From the IMG/VR virus record IMGVR_UViG_2778261631_000002: a stretch of DNA of 64,000 nucleotides; one strand, 5' to 3'. Position 1 is the stretch's first letter; every line of letters starts with the position of its first letter. The DNA comes from a virus (taxonomy: Duplodnaviria; Heunggongvirae; Uroviricota; Caudoviricetes). Shown here one piece after another: positions 31,224 through 42,085 of this stretch. Below the pieces are notes generated by a model that was given only the letters and a program-made list of their open reading frames with translations, did not search any database and was not told the DNA's origin. A program made the translations under genes and the position numbers.

Positions 31224-32075
31224 ATGATAAATTATGTCTACGGCGAACAACTGTACCAGGAGTTCGTCAGCTTCAGGGATCTCTTTCTAAAAAAAGCTGT
31301 TGCACGCGCCCAACACGTTGATGCCGCCAGCGACGGTCGTCCTGTTCGCCCGGTTGTCGTTCTGCCGTTCAAAGAAACGGACAGCATTCAGGCTGAAATT
31401 GATAAATGGACTTTAATGGCGCGGGAACTGGAACAGTACCCAGACCTCAATATCCCAAAGACTATTTTATATCCAGTGCCTAACATCCTTCGCGGTGTGC
31501 GTAAGGTTACAACTTATCAGACAGAAGCTGTGAACAGCGTCAACATGACCGCTGGCCGCATTATTCATCTGATTGATAAGGACATTCGCATCCAGAAAAG
31601 CGCGGGGATCAATGAGCACAGTGCGAAATACATAGAGAACCTGGAAGCAACAAAAGAGCTAATGAAGCAGTACCCGGAGGATGAAAAATTCCGTATGCGT
31701 GTACACGGCTTTAGCGAAACAATGTTGCGCGTCCATTACATTTCCAGTAGCCCTAACTACAATGATGGTAAATCAGTTAGTTACCATGTGCCGCTGTGTG
31801 GTGTGTTTATCTGCGATGAAACTCTCCGTGATGGAATCATCATCAACGGTGAATTCGAGAAAGCAAAATTTAGCCTTTATGACTCTATAGAACCGATCAT
31901 CTGCGACCGCTGGCCGCAGGCAAAAATATATCGCCTGGCAGATATTGAAAATGTAAAAAAACAAATTGCCATCACTCGCGAAGAGAAAAAGGTCAAATCA
32001 GCCGCATCAGTTACGCGCAGCCGTAAAACTAAGAAGGGGCAGCCAGTAAACAGCAACCCCGAAAGCGCGCAATAG
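31224..32075 (+). CDS. c1: C1 repressor of lytic functions
   Basis: 283-aa ORF starting MINYVYGEQLYQEF; size, position next to coi/loxP and the operator network match P1 C1. Confidence 0.93.
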   Translation: MINYVYGEQLYQEFVSFRDLFLKKAVARAQHVDAASDGRPVRPVVVLPFKETDSIQAEIDKWTLMARELEQYPDLNIPKTILYPVPNILRGVRKVTTYQTEAVNSVNMTAGRIIHLIDKDIRIQKSAGINEHSAKYIENLEATKELMKQYPEDEKFRMRVHGFSETMLRVHYISSSPNYNDGKSVSYHVPLCGVFICDETLRDGIIINGEFEKAKFSLYDSIEPIICDRWPQAKIYRLADIENVKKQIAITREEKKVKSAASVTRSRKTKKGQPVNSNPESAQ

Positions 32076-32100
32076 TTTTCCATCCGGCATGGTCAAATTG

Positions 32101-33585
32101 TTATTCATTAAGCCATGCCAGAGCTTCATCAACCTGCGCTTCGTCTTCGACGCTAAGCACTTCATCTTGGGGAACATAGTTCGCCAACATAGCGAAACAA
32201 TATGTATCCCAATGGTCCGGTGAGTGCAGGTTGAGTTTTTTCTTCATATCTTCCTTTGACATCACCTTCCATTGACCTGCGGAATTTATCCCTACCGGTA
32301 TCTTTGATGCTTCCTCTATAGTCGCAGCCCCCTTATCAAGCCGCATACGCCCTGATTTTACAGCTTCTGCCGCCTGAATATTCGCGAAAGCGCGCATATC
32401 GAAATAAAGGCTTTTATCTTCACGGCTGTGCATCTTTTTACCCCAGCGGATACGCTGGACGGTAATGCCATAGCGTTCGTACATTAGATCAGCCGTCGAT
32501 TTCCCCAAGCCATCGCCATCAATAGCTATGGTTATGTTCGGGAACCGTTCTGGGTTACATTCTGCGAAAATCTTGGCGGCTAACTGCGTTTCTGTAACGT
32601 CTGTGTATTCCAGCATACGATAGTTGATTACACGGCGTTTATTTCGCTGGCCGGACACCATCATGATATTAATAACGGACTTATCTCGTCCTGTGCCACC
32701 AGCAACGTCAACACATGCAACCCAGCCCCATCCTTTGGCAATCTTGACCTTTCGCCGCGTCGCCCGCTCAACCTCATCACGACCAAGAAGAAAGCCATCT
32801 TGAGATTTGGGAAATTCACCACGTACTTTGATCATGTACATGGGGTTATCACGACCGCCATACTCCGCAAGTTTTGCTCGTATAAATTTTGCATCTACAA
32901 GCGGAGATTCTTCACTATTCAGTATTATCGCAGTAAACAATCCATCAGGATTTCCCGGGCGAATAGCTAGTCTGTGGTGTGAATCGTAGAAATAGCCTGA
33001 AGGTCGCGTAGGCTGGGAAAGAAGCAGAATACGGTTATCCTTACCGGTCAGCGCACCTGTTATCACACTGAATGCTTTATCACTCACACCCGACGCTTCG
33101 TCGATGATATACAAGAGATGATCGGCGTGTTCACCAGCCAACGCCTCCTCATTTCCGGGGCGACAGGACTTTATCAATATTGTCCAAACACCCTTGCCAG
33201 TCACCTCAAAAAAAGACGTTTCTGTAAGAATGAAATACTTCGACAACCACGGGAATCTGCTAACAGCAGTAGCCCAATTGCTCTTTATGTATTTGAAAAT
33301 ACCATCAAGGACTTGCTGTCTTTTGTTAGCGACCAGAATGACGCGAGCGCCGGGGAAAAACATGATGAAGAGTATTGCAATGATACTCGTCATATCCGAT
33401 TTACCAGTACCATGGCCGGAGGTCACACTTGTCCAACTGCCGTCCTGCTGCGTGGACTCAATGATCTCATCCTGCTGCCAGGTTGGTGTCTTCCCAAACA
33501 ACACATCAGCGGCCGCAATCCAGTCATAACGATATAGCGCCACAAGCTCGCGCCAACGTGGGTCCGTTACGCAACTTCTGGCCAT
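32101..33585 (-). CDS. pacB: terminase large subunit (pacase)
   Basis: 494-aa protein with Walker A SGHGTGKS, Walker [10 protein letters not shown] and a C-terminal nuclease-like domain; follows pacA. Confidence 0.93.
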
Positions 33586-34778
33586 TAATCATCATCCCCG
33601 TACAGTTTGCGGGTAACTTCTTCGTCTTCCTCCTCGTCTTCGTCCAGATCCTGTTCAAGCCATGCTTCGTTTGATATGCCTTCCGCATCGACATCACCAT
33701 AACCACCTGTATCGACGATATCGGCAATTTCTTCTCTACGATGCTCAATCCACAATGCCGCATCAGCGCGGCGGCTGGCGGCCCGTTCTCGCGCGATTTT
33801 ATCCAGATCTTCAAGTGATGGAGCGCCAGATGCTGTTTGGTTTTCCTCATCATCGGTATTGGTCTTAGGAGCACGCAGATCGGCTTTGATTTGCTCCAGC
33901 ATCAGGGGCGGCACTTTTCCTCCATGCGCCTCGATGAATTCAGCCGCTTCCAGCACTGACCAGTTATTTTCACGCTTTCGTTCGTATGCCAGCTTAACAA
34001 TGCCAGCTTGCCCCATAGACAAAGCGTGCTTTTCCGCCTCCCGGCTTTCTTTTCGATAGTTATTCCGGATGCTGTAAATGGTGTTGATCAGACTGCTTAT
34101 CTGCGCGGAACAGCTGTTTAGCATGCTCGCGATACGGTATTCAGGCGGAGTACCTTCATCATCGTCTTTTTGCTGATCGCGCATTTCCTGCACCAGGCGA
34201 ATACACGTATCCCTGGCGTTCTCCAGCATAAGGAGATGAGAAAGAGACTTTTCAAGAAGAGTGGTTTCCAGAACATCGGCCCCGGACCGACGCAACATAG
34301 CGCGCGCGGCCTTCCGCGCTTCAACGTTATCTATCAGGTAATCGCCAGCTTCGAATTCAAAGCGTTCACCATCATCATCCAGGGTGTCGCGTTCCAGGCG
34401 ATCACGTAAGGTCCGGTGGGCGCGGTTGATCACGTCATGATCATCCGAACGATCATTTATGCGCTTATTTTGGCGCTTCGCATTCTCGACTGCGGCACTG
34501 ACAACGGCATTAACTCTCTGTTTTTCCGCTATTTCAGCCGCAATATGATCACCTGCATGTTGATCATTAGAGTGATCAATGATCATGCTTTTTAGTGGCT
34601 TCCTGACTGGCTTATTTGGCTTGCGGCTGTCCGCAGTCCTGGTGTCTTCTTTGAAGGCACGGAGATAACGACGTGCGGTATTAGGGTTAAGATTAAACTC
34701 GGCGGCATACTGTGCGATGGTGTAACCACCATCTCGCGCCAGGCGAGCAAAATTCTTCTTGTGATCGTCCCAGGTCAC
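33585..34778 (-). CDS. pacA: terminase small subunit / pac-site recognition protein
   Basis: 397-aa ORF with an acidic C-terminus; the pac GATC-hexamer site is embedded in its 5' coding region. Confidence 0.9.
34400..34586. other. pac packaging site: two clusters of TGATCA/G hexamers (Dam sites) flanking the cleavage region
   Basis: GATC-containing hexamers at 34400, 34429, 34439, 34451 and at 34547, 34562, 34574, 34581, inside pacA. Confidence 0.75.
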
Positions 34779-34863
34779 TTATGCTTCCTTTCGTAAAAAC
34801 TCTTTTTGACGCGAGGGTAACGAAAGTCACATGTCAAAAGGCCCGGAACGGGCAAGTAATCAA

Positions 34864-35316
34864 TCAGATACGTGCGGATGTGGCATTACCGTAATGACGG
34901 TGCTGACGGGCCACCTTATTGAAAAGTTGACGCGCCATTACCCAAGGCTGGTGCTCCCGGCGTTCCTTTTCGTCCTGCGTCATATAGAGTTCATTCTGGA
35001 GTTTTTCATCAAACCGGCGCGGAGCGCGGCTACGGCGAAAGAATTCAGGATTCAGAGAGTGGATCTGAAATCTACGTGGGCGTGTACTGTCATCAATCAA
35101 AACAGACGAATACTTAGACACAGCGATAGCCTTTAAGCGCAGATAAACATCGCGCTTATCGACATCCAGATGCGGGTATTCCTTTTCAAGAATTGCTGCG
35201 AGTTCTTTCGCTGATAGAAGAGATTTAGTGCGGATCATGTAATCCGCAATCTCGTACGATGTTATTCGTGAGTGATTTATTTCCATGAAGTGGCGTCCCT
35301 GCCAGTTAAGTAACAT
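34864..35316 (-). CDS. lpa: late promoter activator (gene 10)
   Basis: 150-aa ORF immediately upstream of pacA with a C1-operator-like site in front; size and position match P1 Lpa. Confidence 0.8.
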   Translation of the reverse strand: MLLNWQGRHFMEINHSRITSYEIADYMIRTKSLLSAKELAAILEKEYPHLDVDKRDVYLRLKAIAVSKYSSVLIDDSTRPRRFQIHSLNPEFFRRSRAPRRFDEKLQNELYMTQDEKERREHQPWVMARQLFNKVARQHRHYGNATSARI

Positions 35317-35386
35317 CCTGTCACCTACTGATTAGCCCATGTCAACTAATCAACGTGGAATATAATACCCTCGACTAAAGAAATAG

Positions 35387-35403
35387 CAATACATTAGAGC
35401 AAT
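35387..35403. promoter_or_regulatory. C1 operator-like site upstream of lpa (3 mismatches)
   Basis: CAATACATTAGAGCAAT. Confidence 0.5.
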
Positions 35404-35404
35404 T

Positions 35405-36448
35405 TTATCTAACACTCGACGAATGACTTGTGATAACGCCAACTCCAAGCGCGTAATCAAAGAACAATCGTTGATGCATCGCCAACCTACCGTGCGTCTT
35501 CTCCCAATTATCGCGGTCACGCTCAATATCACGCTGGCATGACTGGCACAGAGGAATTGCGTAAATGTCATGCGCGCATAATCGACTATGACGAACGATA
35601 TAAGGCGTAATGTGAGCGCCAGCTCCCGCAGCTCCACACCCACAGCATGGACGGGAAGCAACAAAGTCCATGTACTCAGGTAATTTTAGCGATTGCAGTT
35701 TTGGTATTTTGAAATGCGCCATGCCAGGGTCGGAGTCAACATCCACAGGGCATACTTTTGCACGCATCGGCGCGGCGCGTTCTTCCATCATCTGAACATA
35801 TGCTGTAGCGCGATCGTCATACGGGCGAATATCCGCCTCTTTCAGAGGTCCGCTATCCTGCGGAGTAGCCTTCATCTTATTTATTGATATGCGGCAGACT
35901 TCTTCCGGCATCAGGTGCATCATGTTGCGCATGAAAGCCCACCAGCACAGCTCCTGAATACTTAAATCATGGCTATTTGAAAGGCCCATTTCCTGACGGG
36001 CGACATCCAGTATCCAGTTAACGCGATTATTGTGCAGCGTTTCTTTCAGCTCATTAAAACCACGCATCCGATAATGGTTATCGTGATGCCAGCACAACAA
36101 CACCGCGCTATTGTCTCGTTCAGCGTGGACAATATGGTTGTCACACCAACTACGATCTGCGGCCTGGCATTGACCCTCTTTCCTACGCAACCACGCCACC
36201 AGCGCGTCAATTCCACCAATACGGCGAAACAGTTCATCGCTGTTAAAAAACGGCTGCAACGCCTCATTTGTTGCCATGGTTTGCTCGGTAACAACGAGGC
36301 CGTCTTCCATGTGCTCGATTAACTCACGCGGCACCGGCTCCATAATAAATTTACGGCCAGCCTCCACCAGCTTTCTGACCTCCTGATCCACTTTGAATGT
36401 GGCGACGCCAAGCTCTTTCTGTACAAAGGGAGTAATTACGGCTTTCAC
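35405..36448 (-). CDS. pdcB: hypothetical protein downstream of doc (post-doc region) with Cys-rich C-terminus
   Basis: 347-aa ORF; CCGC/CQSCQ cysteine cluster; name from position only. Confidence 0.5.
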   Translation of the reverse strand: MKAVITPFVQKELGVATFKVDQEVRKLVEAGRKFIMEPVPRELIEHMEDGLVVTEQTMATNEALQPFFNSDELFRRIGGIDALVAWLRRKEGQCQAADRSWCDNHIVHAERDNSAVLLCWHHDNHYRMRGFNELKETLHNNRVNWILDVARQEMGLSNSHDLSIQELCWWAFMRNMMHLMPEEVCRISINKMKATPQDSGPLKEADIRPYDDRATAYVQMMEERAAPMRAKVCPVDVDSDPGMAHFKIPKLQSLKLPEYMDFVASRPCCGCGAAGAGAHITPYIVRHSRLCAHDIYAIPLCQSCQRDIERDRDNWEKTHGRLAMHQRLFFDYALGVGVITSHSSSVR

Positions 36449-36475
36449 ATCACACCTTTCATCACTGATTGGGCT

Positions 36476-36676
36476 TTATCTGCTGCCCGGCATTCTCTGT
36501 TTAAGCGCAACCATTTCCTGACGGCATAACACAGCAATAGCGGTCCTGACTCCAATTTGCTTACCAACCAGGTATTGCTTTACCTTGCGGCGACTCACGC
36601 CATCAAGAAGCATCTTTAACGCTTCACGGGACAATTTGTTGTATTTGCGTGCCATTAATCTACTCCGCAGAACCAT
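36476..36676 (-). CDS. pdcA: small basic protein downstream of doc
   Basis: 66-aa ORF overlapping the doc 3' end; name from position only. Confidence 0.4.
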   Translation of the reverse strand: MVLRSRLMARKYNKLSREALKMLLDGVSRRKVKQYLVGKQIGVRTAIAVLCRQEMVALKQRMPGSR

Positions 36677-37040
36677 ACAATCTACGTAACGTGTCGGCGA
36701 CAGAAGATACAGATATCTCGCCAGTCGCAGCGCCTACAGTAAGGTCTGCCAGTTCAGGTGAATCAAATACCTGCACCCCGTTACGGCGTAGAAATAACAG
36801 CGCACTGTTTAGCGCGGTACGCTTATTGGCATCATTGAATATATGCCCTCTCGCTGTAGCCACCAGGTAGGTGGCGGAGACTTCGAAAAGGTCGGTGATC
36901 TCTTCGTAGGCAACTCTGGCCTGAACTCTCCCGATAATGGCCTCTGCCCTACCCGGATCTGACATTCCCGGCAGGCCGCCGTAGCGGTTTATATTCGCAT
37001 CATGAAGCGCAATAAGTTCTTCCGGTGATATATGCCTCAT
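36660..37040 (-). CDS. doc: Doc toxin (Fic-fold kinase) of the phd-doc addiction module
   Basis: 126-aa protein with the Fic motif [11 protein letters not shown]; start overlaps the phd stop. Confidence 0.95.
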   Translation of the reverse strand: MRHISPEELIALHDANINRYGGLPGMSDPGRAEAIIGRVQARVAYEEITDLFEVSATYLVATARGHIFNDANKRTALNSALLFLRRNGVQVFDSPELADLTVGAATGEISVSSVADTLRRLYGSAE

Positions 37041-37261
37041 TATCGGTTAACCAGTTCCTTGTTGGTGGAGTCCAGGGTGTCAAACAGGGATGCAAATTCA
37101 GCATCCAGCGCCGCTTTTTTGTAGGCTTCGAAAGTAGCCTTGCTGACAATTACTGCTGGCTCACGGCCTCTGCGGGTGATTTCAACCTCTTCCCCGGCTT
37201 CAACATTGTTGAGCACTTCAGAAAGGTTGCCGCGCGCGGTACGGAAGTTAATGGATTGCAT
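37040..37261 (-). CDS. phd: Phd antitoxin
   Basis: 73-aa protein [39 protein letters not shown]…; the listed ORF has a 2-codon N-terminal extension. Confidence 0.95.
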   Translation of the reverse strand: MQSINFRTARGNLSEVLNNVEAGEEVEITRRGREPAVIVSKATFEAYKKAALDAEFASLFDTLDSTNKELVNR

Positions 37262-37270
37262 AAACACCTC

Positions 37271-37298
37271 GTGTACTCGTTATGTGTACATAATTATA
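37271..37298. promoter_or_regulatory. phd-doc autoregulated promoter with two GTGTAC palindromic operator sites
   Basis: CTCGTGTACTCGTTATGTGTACATAATTATAA, with a TATAAT on the minus strand. Confidence 0.6.
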
Positions 37299-37333
37299 AA
37301 CTTCACAGGCATAAAGCACCAGCACTTTGCAGC

Positions 37334-37723
37334 TTAAATGACCGGACAATCATCAAACTCCCCACTCCGGGCATCATTGATGACATGAGTGATCACACCA
37401 AAAACAGCATTACTACCCGTGTAACCATCGTCATCTACTGGTAACGCCTCTTTCTTCCCGGTGCTTAAATCCTCCAGGTGCTGGCGCGGATACTTTCGGT
37501 ATCTCTTTATGCGATATTCACCCTCCATAGCGCACACAAGCAGAGAACCATCAACCGGAGTAAGCGAGGAATCAACCACCAGCAAAGCACCCTGCAATAT
37601 TCCCTCACGGTGATGGCTATCAGCTGCCCGCATGAAGTAGGTTGCTGATGGATGCCTGATTAGTTGCTGATCAAGAGAAATTCGGCTTTCAACATAATCC
37701 GCCGCAGGAGAAGGGAAGCCCAT
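37334..37723 (-). CDS. humD: UmuD homolog (SOS mutagenesis protein)
   Basis: 129-aa protein with a LexA/UmuD-type C-terminal peptidase fold; LexA box just upstream. Confidence 0.85.
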   Translation of the reverse strand: MGFPSPAADYVESRISLDQQLIRHPSATYFMRAADSHHREGILQGALLVVDSSLTPVDGSLLVCAMEGEYRIKRYRKYPRQHLEDLSTGKKEALPVDDDGYTGSNAVFGVITHVINDARSGEFDDCPVI

Positions 37724-37742
37724 AGCGTTTTTACCTCAATAA

Positions 37743-37762
37743 TACTGTTCATTTATACAGTA
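37743..37762. promoter_or_regulatory. LexA (SOS) box in the humD divergent promoter region
   Basis: TACTGTTCATTTATACAGTA fits CTGT-N8-ACAG exactly. Confidence 0.8.
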
Positions 37763-37897
37763 TACATTAAAGAGACACCTTTGGTGCAAACGCGTTACGT
37801 ACATCAACCACCGCTGATGATTTTGTGCTCTTTGCTACTATTCATCACCGCGGGATCAGCGTAACCTCGTTGCCAATCAGTTAATAAGGAATTAGCT

Positions 37898-38482
37898 ATG
37901 CCTAATCGCATTCCTCTCGATCCTGTATTGCCCAAAAATTTTGACTGCACTCCTAACGAGAAACGCTCTAAAGCTCAGCTGGACGCCTGGTGGGACCATC
38001 CATATGGGGTTACACAACCTGACGGGAAAATTGTAGTTTATTGTCTGAATGGTGGGGCGTGGGACCGTCCATCCGTGCTTTGTTTGGCAGATAACTATGA
38101 TGAAGCCTGTGAACTTGCCGAAAGACAGCAGGCAAGCTGGGTAAAAACACGGTCTGAACCGACATTCATGTTTTCAAAAGAACCGCCATTTATACTGGCG
38201 AGGATGCCGCAGCGACCGGATCATCAACAAGAAATTGTTGCTGAATTTTCCTCAAGGGATGAGATGAATCTCTTCTCATTAAAGCAGGAAGAAAGGGATC
38301 GCGTCGAAGTGTCTCCAACTCTCGACCACAACCGGATGAACCTAGCCCAGCTCGCCTGGTACAGCAAAGAATTAGAGATGTCTATTGCCCGGCTTGAAAA
38401 CGAAAAAGCCGCTATCCAAGTCCAGCACGAAGTAGTTCTGAACCGGATTAGAGAAATGCAAAACGATAACAGGGGATTTTGA
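37898..38482 (+). CDS. hypothetical protein divergent from humD (possibly LexA-regulated)
   Basis: 194-aa ORF. Confidence 0.55.
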   Translation: MPNRIPLDPVLPKNFDCTPNEKRSKAQLDAWWDHPYGVTQPDGKIVVYCLNGGAWDRPSVLCLADNYDEACELAERQQASWVKTRSEPTFMFSKEPPFILARMPQRPDHQQEIVAEFSSRDEMNLFSLKQEERDRVEVSPTLDHNRMNLAQLAWYSKELEMSIARLENEKAAIQVQHEVVLNRIREMQNDNRGF

Positions 38483-38839
38483 ATGGCTAAAATCGAGTAC
38501 CATCGCGATCGCGGTAATTACCTGGAAATATACGATCATGAATCTCTTAACGATATCAACGATGCGTTATATGAATACTGTGAAAAAACGAGCATCACAG
38601 ATGCACCTGATGCATTTGTCGAGATGCCGGTATATCTCCGCGACATCTATGCAATACGAACACCGCCCGTATCGGTGATTCACATTGGCTATGTCCGCCT
38701 GTCCATCGAAGAAGATGAAGATCGTTATATCGTGCGCCACTATACATTGGACAGAAAAGAACTTCCTAATGAATGGAACATGAGTAATTTCTACAACGGT
38801 GAATATGGCTTAAAATCCGCTAATAATTTACGGTCATAA
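38483..38839 (+). CDS. hypothetical protein
   Basis: 118-aa ORF immediately following the previous gene. Confidence 0.55.
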   Translation: MAKIEYHRDRGNYLEIYDHESLNDINDALYEYCEKTSITDAPDAFVEMPVYLRDIYAIRTPPVSVIHIGYVRLSIEEDEDRYIVRHYTLDRKELPNEWNMSNFYNGEYGLKSANNLRS

Positions 38840-39701
38840 TCTATACAGGCATGTATAACAACAACGAGCCTATTAGCTGTCAACAACGTTATTTCCTCAA
38901 ATAAGAAAAAGCAGAAAAAAAATTGTTTAAGGTCACAAATTGTGGCCTTGATGGAGGAGGGAGGCTTATTGGCTATGGCTAAAAATCAAATTAGACACTT
39001 CATGTTGCTGTAGCTCATCAAGATCCGAGGCCACAAAACCTTTTCCGAAAAACTTCACAAGTAACTCACTAGCCGCATCATTGTCACCTATTACACGAAA
39101 GTCATACGGCAACGTCGCAAGTTGACGATGTAATCCTGCTGAGAAAGTCGAATCTAACAGCGCCCAGAATTCCCACCGCAGGATAATACTCGCCTCTTAA
39201 TACTGTATATATGTTGTTACGATATGTTTTTCTGTCTCTAAAAAAAGATGTTAATAGAATGCTAACCATTGAAGGGGATAAAAATATACAATTCCAACAA
39301 ACGTTATTTTTAACAATTTTTTTCTTTGCGTTGACTTTCCCGGACACCTTGTCTGACCGAAGGTGCGCGAAAGCCACTTTTTCCTTCCTGAGTTATCCAC
39401 AAAGTTATGCACTTGCAAGAGGGCCATTTTCTACATATTGTGGTGGCTAACAGATGAAATGAATGTAGATTAATTGAAGATAAGGAGAAAATTTGAGATG
39501 CAATCATGACGTTAATAGATAGGGTCTGCATTACAGACCCCACCCGCATCAAGGAATTAGCCGTTCCCTGATGTTTTTCCGAAAACATGTGCCGTAAGCT
39601 CACGTTAACGACTTTCATTCACCGAATCCAACTATATAGGGGTTGGGTTTCTACGTCAACGTGAGCAAGTGCACCTTTACATTTGACAAGGAACCACCTG
39701 A

Positions 39702-39839
39702 ATGAACGCTTTTTTTCAGTTCCTGAGTGCATTTTTAGATGCGCCTATTATTAGCCAGATTCTGGCTATTATCCTCATCATCGTTTTGATTTTGCTTTTA
39801 AGGTCAGTAAAAAATGGAATTATGCACTGGCTTACTTAA
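39702..39839 (+). CDS. small hydrophobic peptide (45 aa), candidate membrane-active toxin-like ORF
   Basis: MNAFFQFLSAFLDAPIISQILAIILIIVLILLLRSVKNGIMHWLT with SD AAGGA; leader flanked by a long-range inverted repeat (CACGTTAACG … CGTCAACGTG); followed by the palindrome TGTTTCAGTGAAACA. Confidence 0.4.
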   Translation: MNAFFQFLSAFLDAPIISQILAIILIIVLILLLRSVKNGIMHWLT

Positions 39840-39914
39840 TGTTTCAGTGAAACATTAAAATCTCCTTGATGTGGAAACAATCATTTTCTGTATGTGCTGG
39901 TGGGCACCTGTAGT

Positions 39915-40277
39915 TCAGCTTTCGTTGGCATTTAACTTCGTCTTTGCTTTCTCCACCAGCAACTTCCAGATGCCTATTTCATTAGCAGCCGCCTTGATGG
40001 CGGCATAAAAAGCATCTTGCTGATCGTAACGCTGGATCTGTTTTTTCAGTTTTGCCTCCACCAATTTAATTTCATTACGTGCTTTCTGAAGCCGCATCAC
40101 CGCCCGGTTACATCTGTTCTTGTATAGCGTGTTAATCTCTGACAATTGCTTTAATTTACCAGCCTGACTGCGGATTATCGCCTCCCTGGCTTCTGCCGTG
40201 CGTCTCATCTGATCTCTTAAGAGTTCACCGTTTTCGATAATTCTTTCAAGGTGTTTGATGTGATCTGCAACTCTCAT
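39915..40277 (-). CDS. coiled-coil hypothetical protein (last gene of a 7-gene C1-controlled operon)
   Basis: 120-aa ORF. Confidence 0.55.
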   Translation of the reverse strand: MRVADHIKHLERIIENGELLRDQMRRTAEAREAIIRSQAGKLKQLSEINTLYKNRCNRAVMRLQKARNEIKLVEAKLKKQIQRYDQQDAFYAAIKAAANEIGIWKLLVEKAKTKLNANES

Positions 40278-41572
40278 ACTTCACCCTCGCTTGTATCACC
40301 AGCGTCCACCAACGACAATAAAGCCCTGGCCATCTTATGAACCAACAGTGCATCAATAATGCCAAGCGTATGCCCCGGCTTAATGTTTAATGCTGCCTCA
40401 AGATGACACCTTTCCAGACCGCTTTTCTCGGCTTGTTTATGATGATATGGCGTAATAACGTCGCCCAAAACACGGCTAATTCTTTCTCGTAATTGCTGGG
40501 TGCCAGCACACTTGATCGCTGTATCGTGGAGACGGTTAACCAGTTCGCGATAAACATGCGGCTTAATGCGGATACGTTCACCGGTGACGCCCTTTCCTGG
40601 CGCTGGCACCGAACTATCCGGAATATCCGGATAGTTGCCAGCCTCGTAAGCTACCCGCAGCCAGTGCATGAATGTTTCAGTGGACACACAACCACAGTCC
40701 ACATCGATTTTCCCGCGTTGCTGTTCCAGCCATTGCCCAAAATCCAACCTGTAAGTCTTACTTTGGCTTACAGGTTGGCTACCCTGAAGCATGGCAGCGT
40801 GGCAGGCATACTCAACGCCCTTAACTGCATCTGCGCAGTAGTTATAGCGATTGCATTCCACTAATTTCCGTTTGAGTTTTTCAATTGCCTGCGCGACATC
40901 AGCCTGTATTACAGGAACTGGCGGAACGGCTGTTTGCTCTCGAACGTCATTAGTCGCTATCGGTTCTGCTGCCAACTGACTGGCATATTTGTTAATGGTA
41001 ACGATAAGCTCTTGCTCAGCCTCATCCAGACAATCACCGATACCTCGCCTGTCACCGTCAAAATCATCGAAATCGGCACGAATCTTGGCAACCTTCAGGA
41101 TTGCGGACAACACCTCACTAGGAATTACCGGATAGTTGGTTGACGTTTCCGCGATTTCCCGAAAATTATTGGTTGACGAATTCTTGTTTTCCCGAAAGTT
41201 TCCGGACTGAAGCATGGCGGCGCGGCAGGCGTTCCAGCCATCTGCGTAACAATCTCTGTGTGTCTTGAAATATGTCACCGCCCTTGGTACATCGTTTACG
41301 TCTATTTCATCCGGCACAACCGGCGCAGGTGAGTCAGCATAAACAGGAATAACGTCCGGTTGCTCTTTATTGCTTTCATCCGTTAAAGCCCAGAATAATT
41401 TCCCGGCCGGATGTTTGAAAATATAAGCAACTGGTTCTGCTTCCAGCGATGCCAGAGCAATTCGTGCCAGTTCTTCCGCTTCTTCTGCTGGCAGTACAAC
41501 GTTGCTACCAGGTCCGTATGTTTCGCGCCACTGCTTGATTGTCAGTAGTCGCTCTTTGGTAATAGTGATCAT
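40274..41572 (-). CDS. hypothetical protein
   Basis: 432-aa ORF, overlapping start/stop with neighbours. Confidence 0.6.
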   Translation of the reverse strand: MITITKERLLTIKQWRETYGPGSNVVLPAEEAEELARIALASLEAEPVAYIFKHPAGKLFWALTDESNKEQPDVIPVYADSPAPVVPDEIDVNDVPRAVTYFKTHRDCYADGWNACRAAMLQSGNFRENKNSSTNNFREIAETSTNYPVIPSEVLSAILKVAKIRADFDDFDGDRRGIGDCLDEAEQELIVTINKYASQLAAEPIATNDVREQTAVPPVPVIQADVAQAIEKLKRKLVECNRYNYCADAVKGVEYACHAAMLQGSQPVSQSKTYRLDFGQWLEQQRGKIDVDCGCVSTETFMHWLRVAYEAGNYPDIPDSSVPAPGKGVTGERIRIKPHVYRELVNRLHDTAIKCAGTQQLRERISRVLGDVITPYHHKQAEKSGLERCHLEAALNIKPGHTLGIIDALLVHKMARALLSLVDAGDTSEGEV

Positions 41573-42084
41573 GCCGCGTTTCCTTCTTTCTTATTAACAA
41601 TTACACCGTCATATATTTCATTAAGGTGCCCTCTCAACTCCATGCGCCTTAATGCAGATAACATGTAATCGCATTCAACCTGCTTATTTCCAGTAAATGG
41701 CTTATCGTCAGGATTACCCCAACAGCAATTACCCTTGGGCCACCCATGTACTTTCCGTACTCTTCCGTTAACAACGTGAAGTAATCCCCAGCCAGGTGGT
41801 AAATCCTCAATTGAAATAATTCCCGGCTCACTAATAAAGAATCGCCAGTCGCCCATTCCAAGAGACGGATTTTTACGAAAACGCTTTTTTCTATCTGCCA
41901 ACAAGTCAGCACGAGAACACTTCGCCTCTATCAGGCATGATGCTGAATTTCTGAATCCCATAGCATCTGGCTGTTCTCCGGTACTGGTTACAGCTATAAA
42001 GCGGTCATGAAAACAAACCTTGAACCCGTTGCGCTTAAGGAACTTGTACGCAATCTGACAGAGTTCGCGGTGTGTTAACGCCAT
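41569..42084 (-). CDS. putative PD-(D/E)xK-family nuclease
   Basis: 171-aa protein with GEQPDAMGF … CLIEAKCS (PD … ExK spacing typical of the fold). Confidence 0.5.
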   Translation of the reverse strand: MALTHRELCQIAYKFLKRNGFKVCFHDRFIAVTSTGEQPDAMGFRNSASCLIEAKCSRADLLADRKKRFRKNPSLGMGDWRFFISEPGIISIEDLPPGWGLLHVVNGRVRKVHGWPKGNCCWGNPDDKPFTGNKQVECDYMLSALRRMELRGHLNEIYDGVIVNKKEGNAA

Positions 42085-42085
42085 A

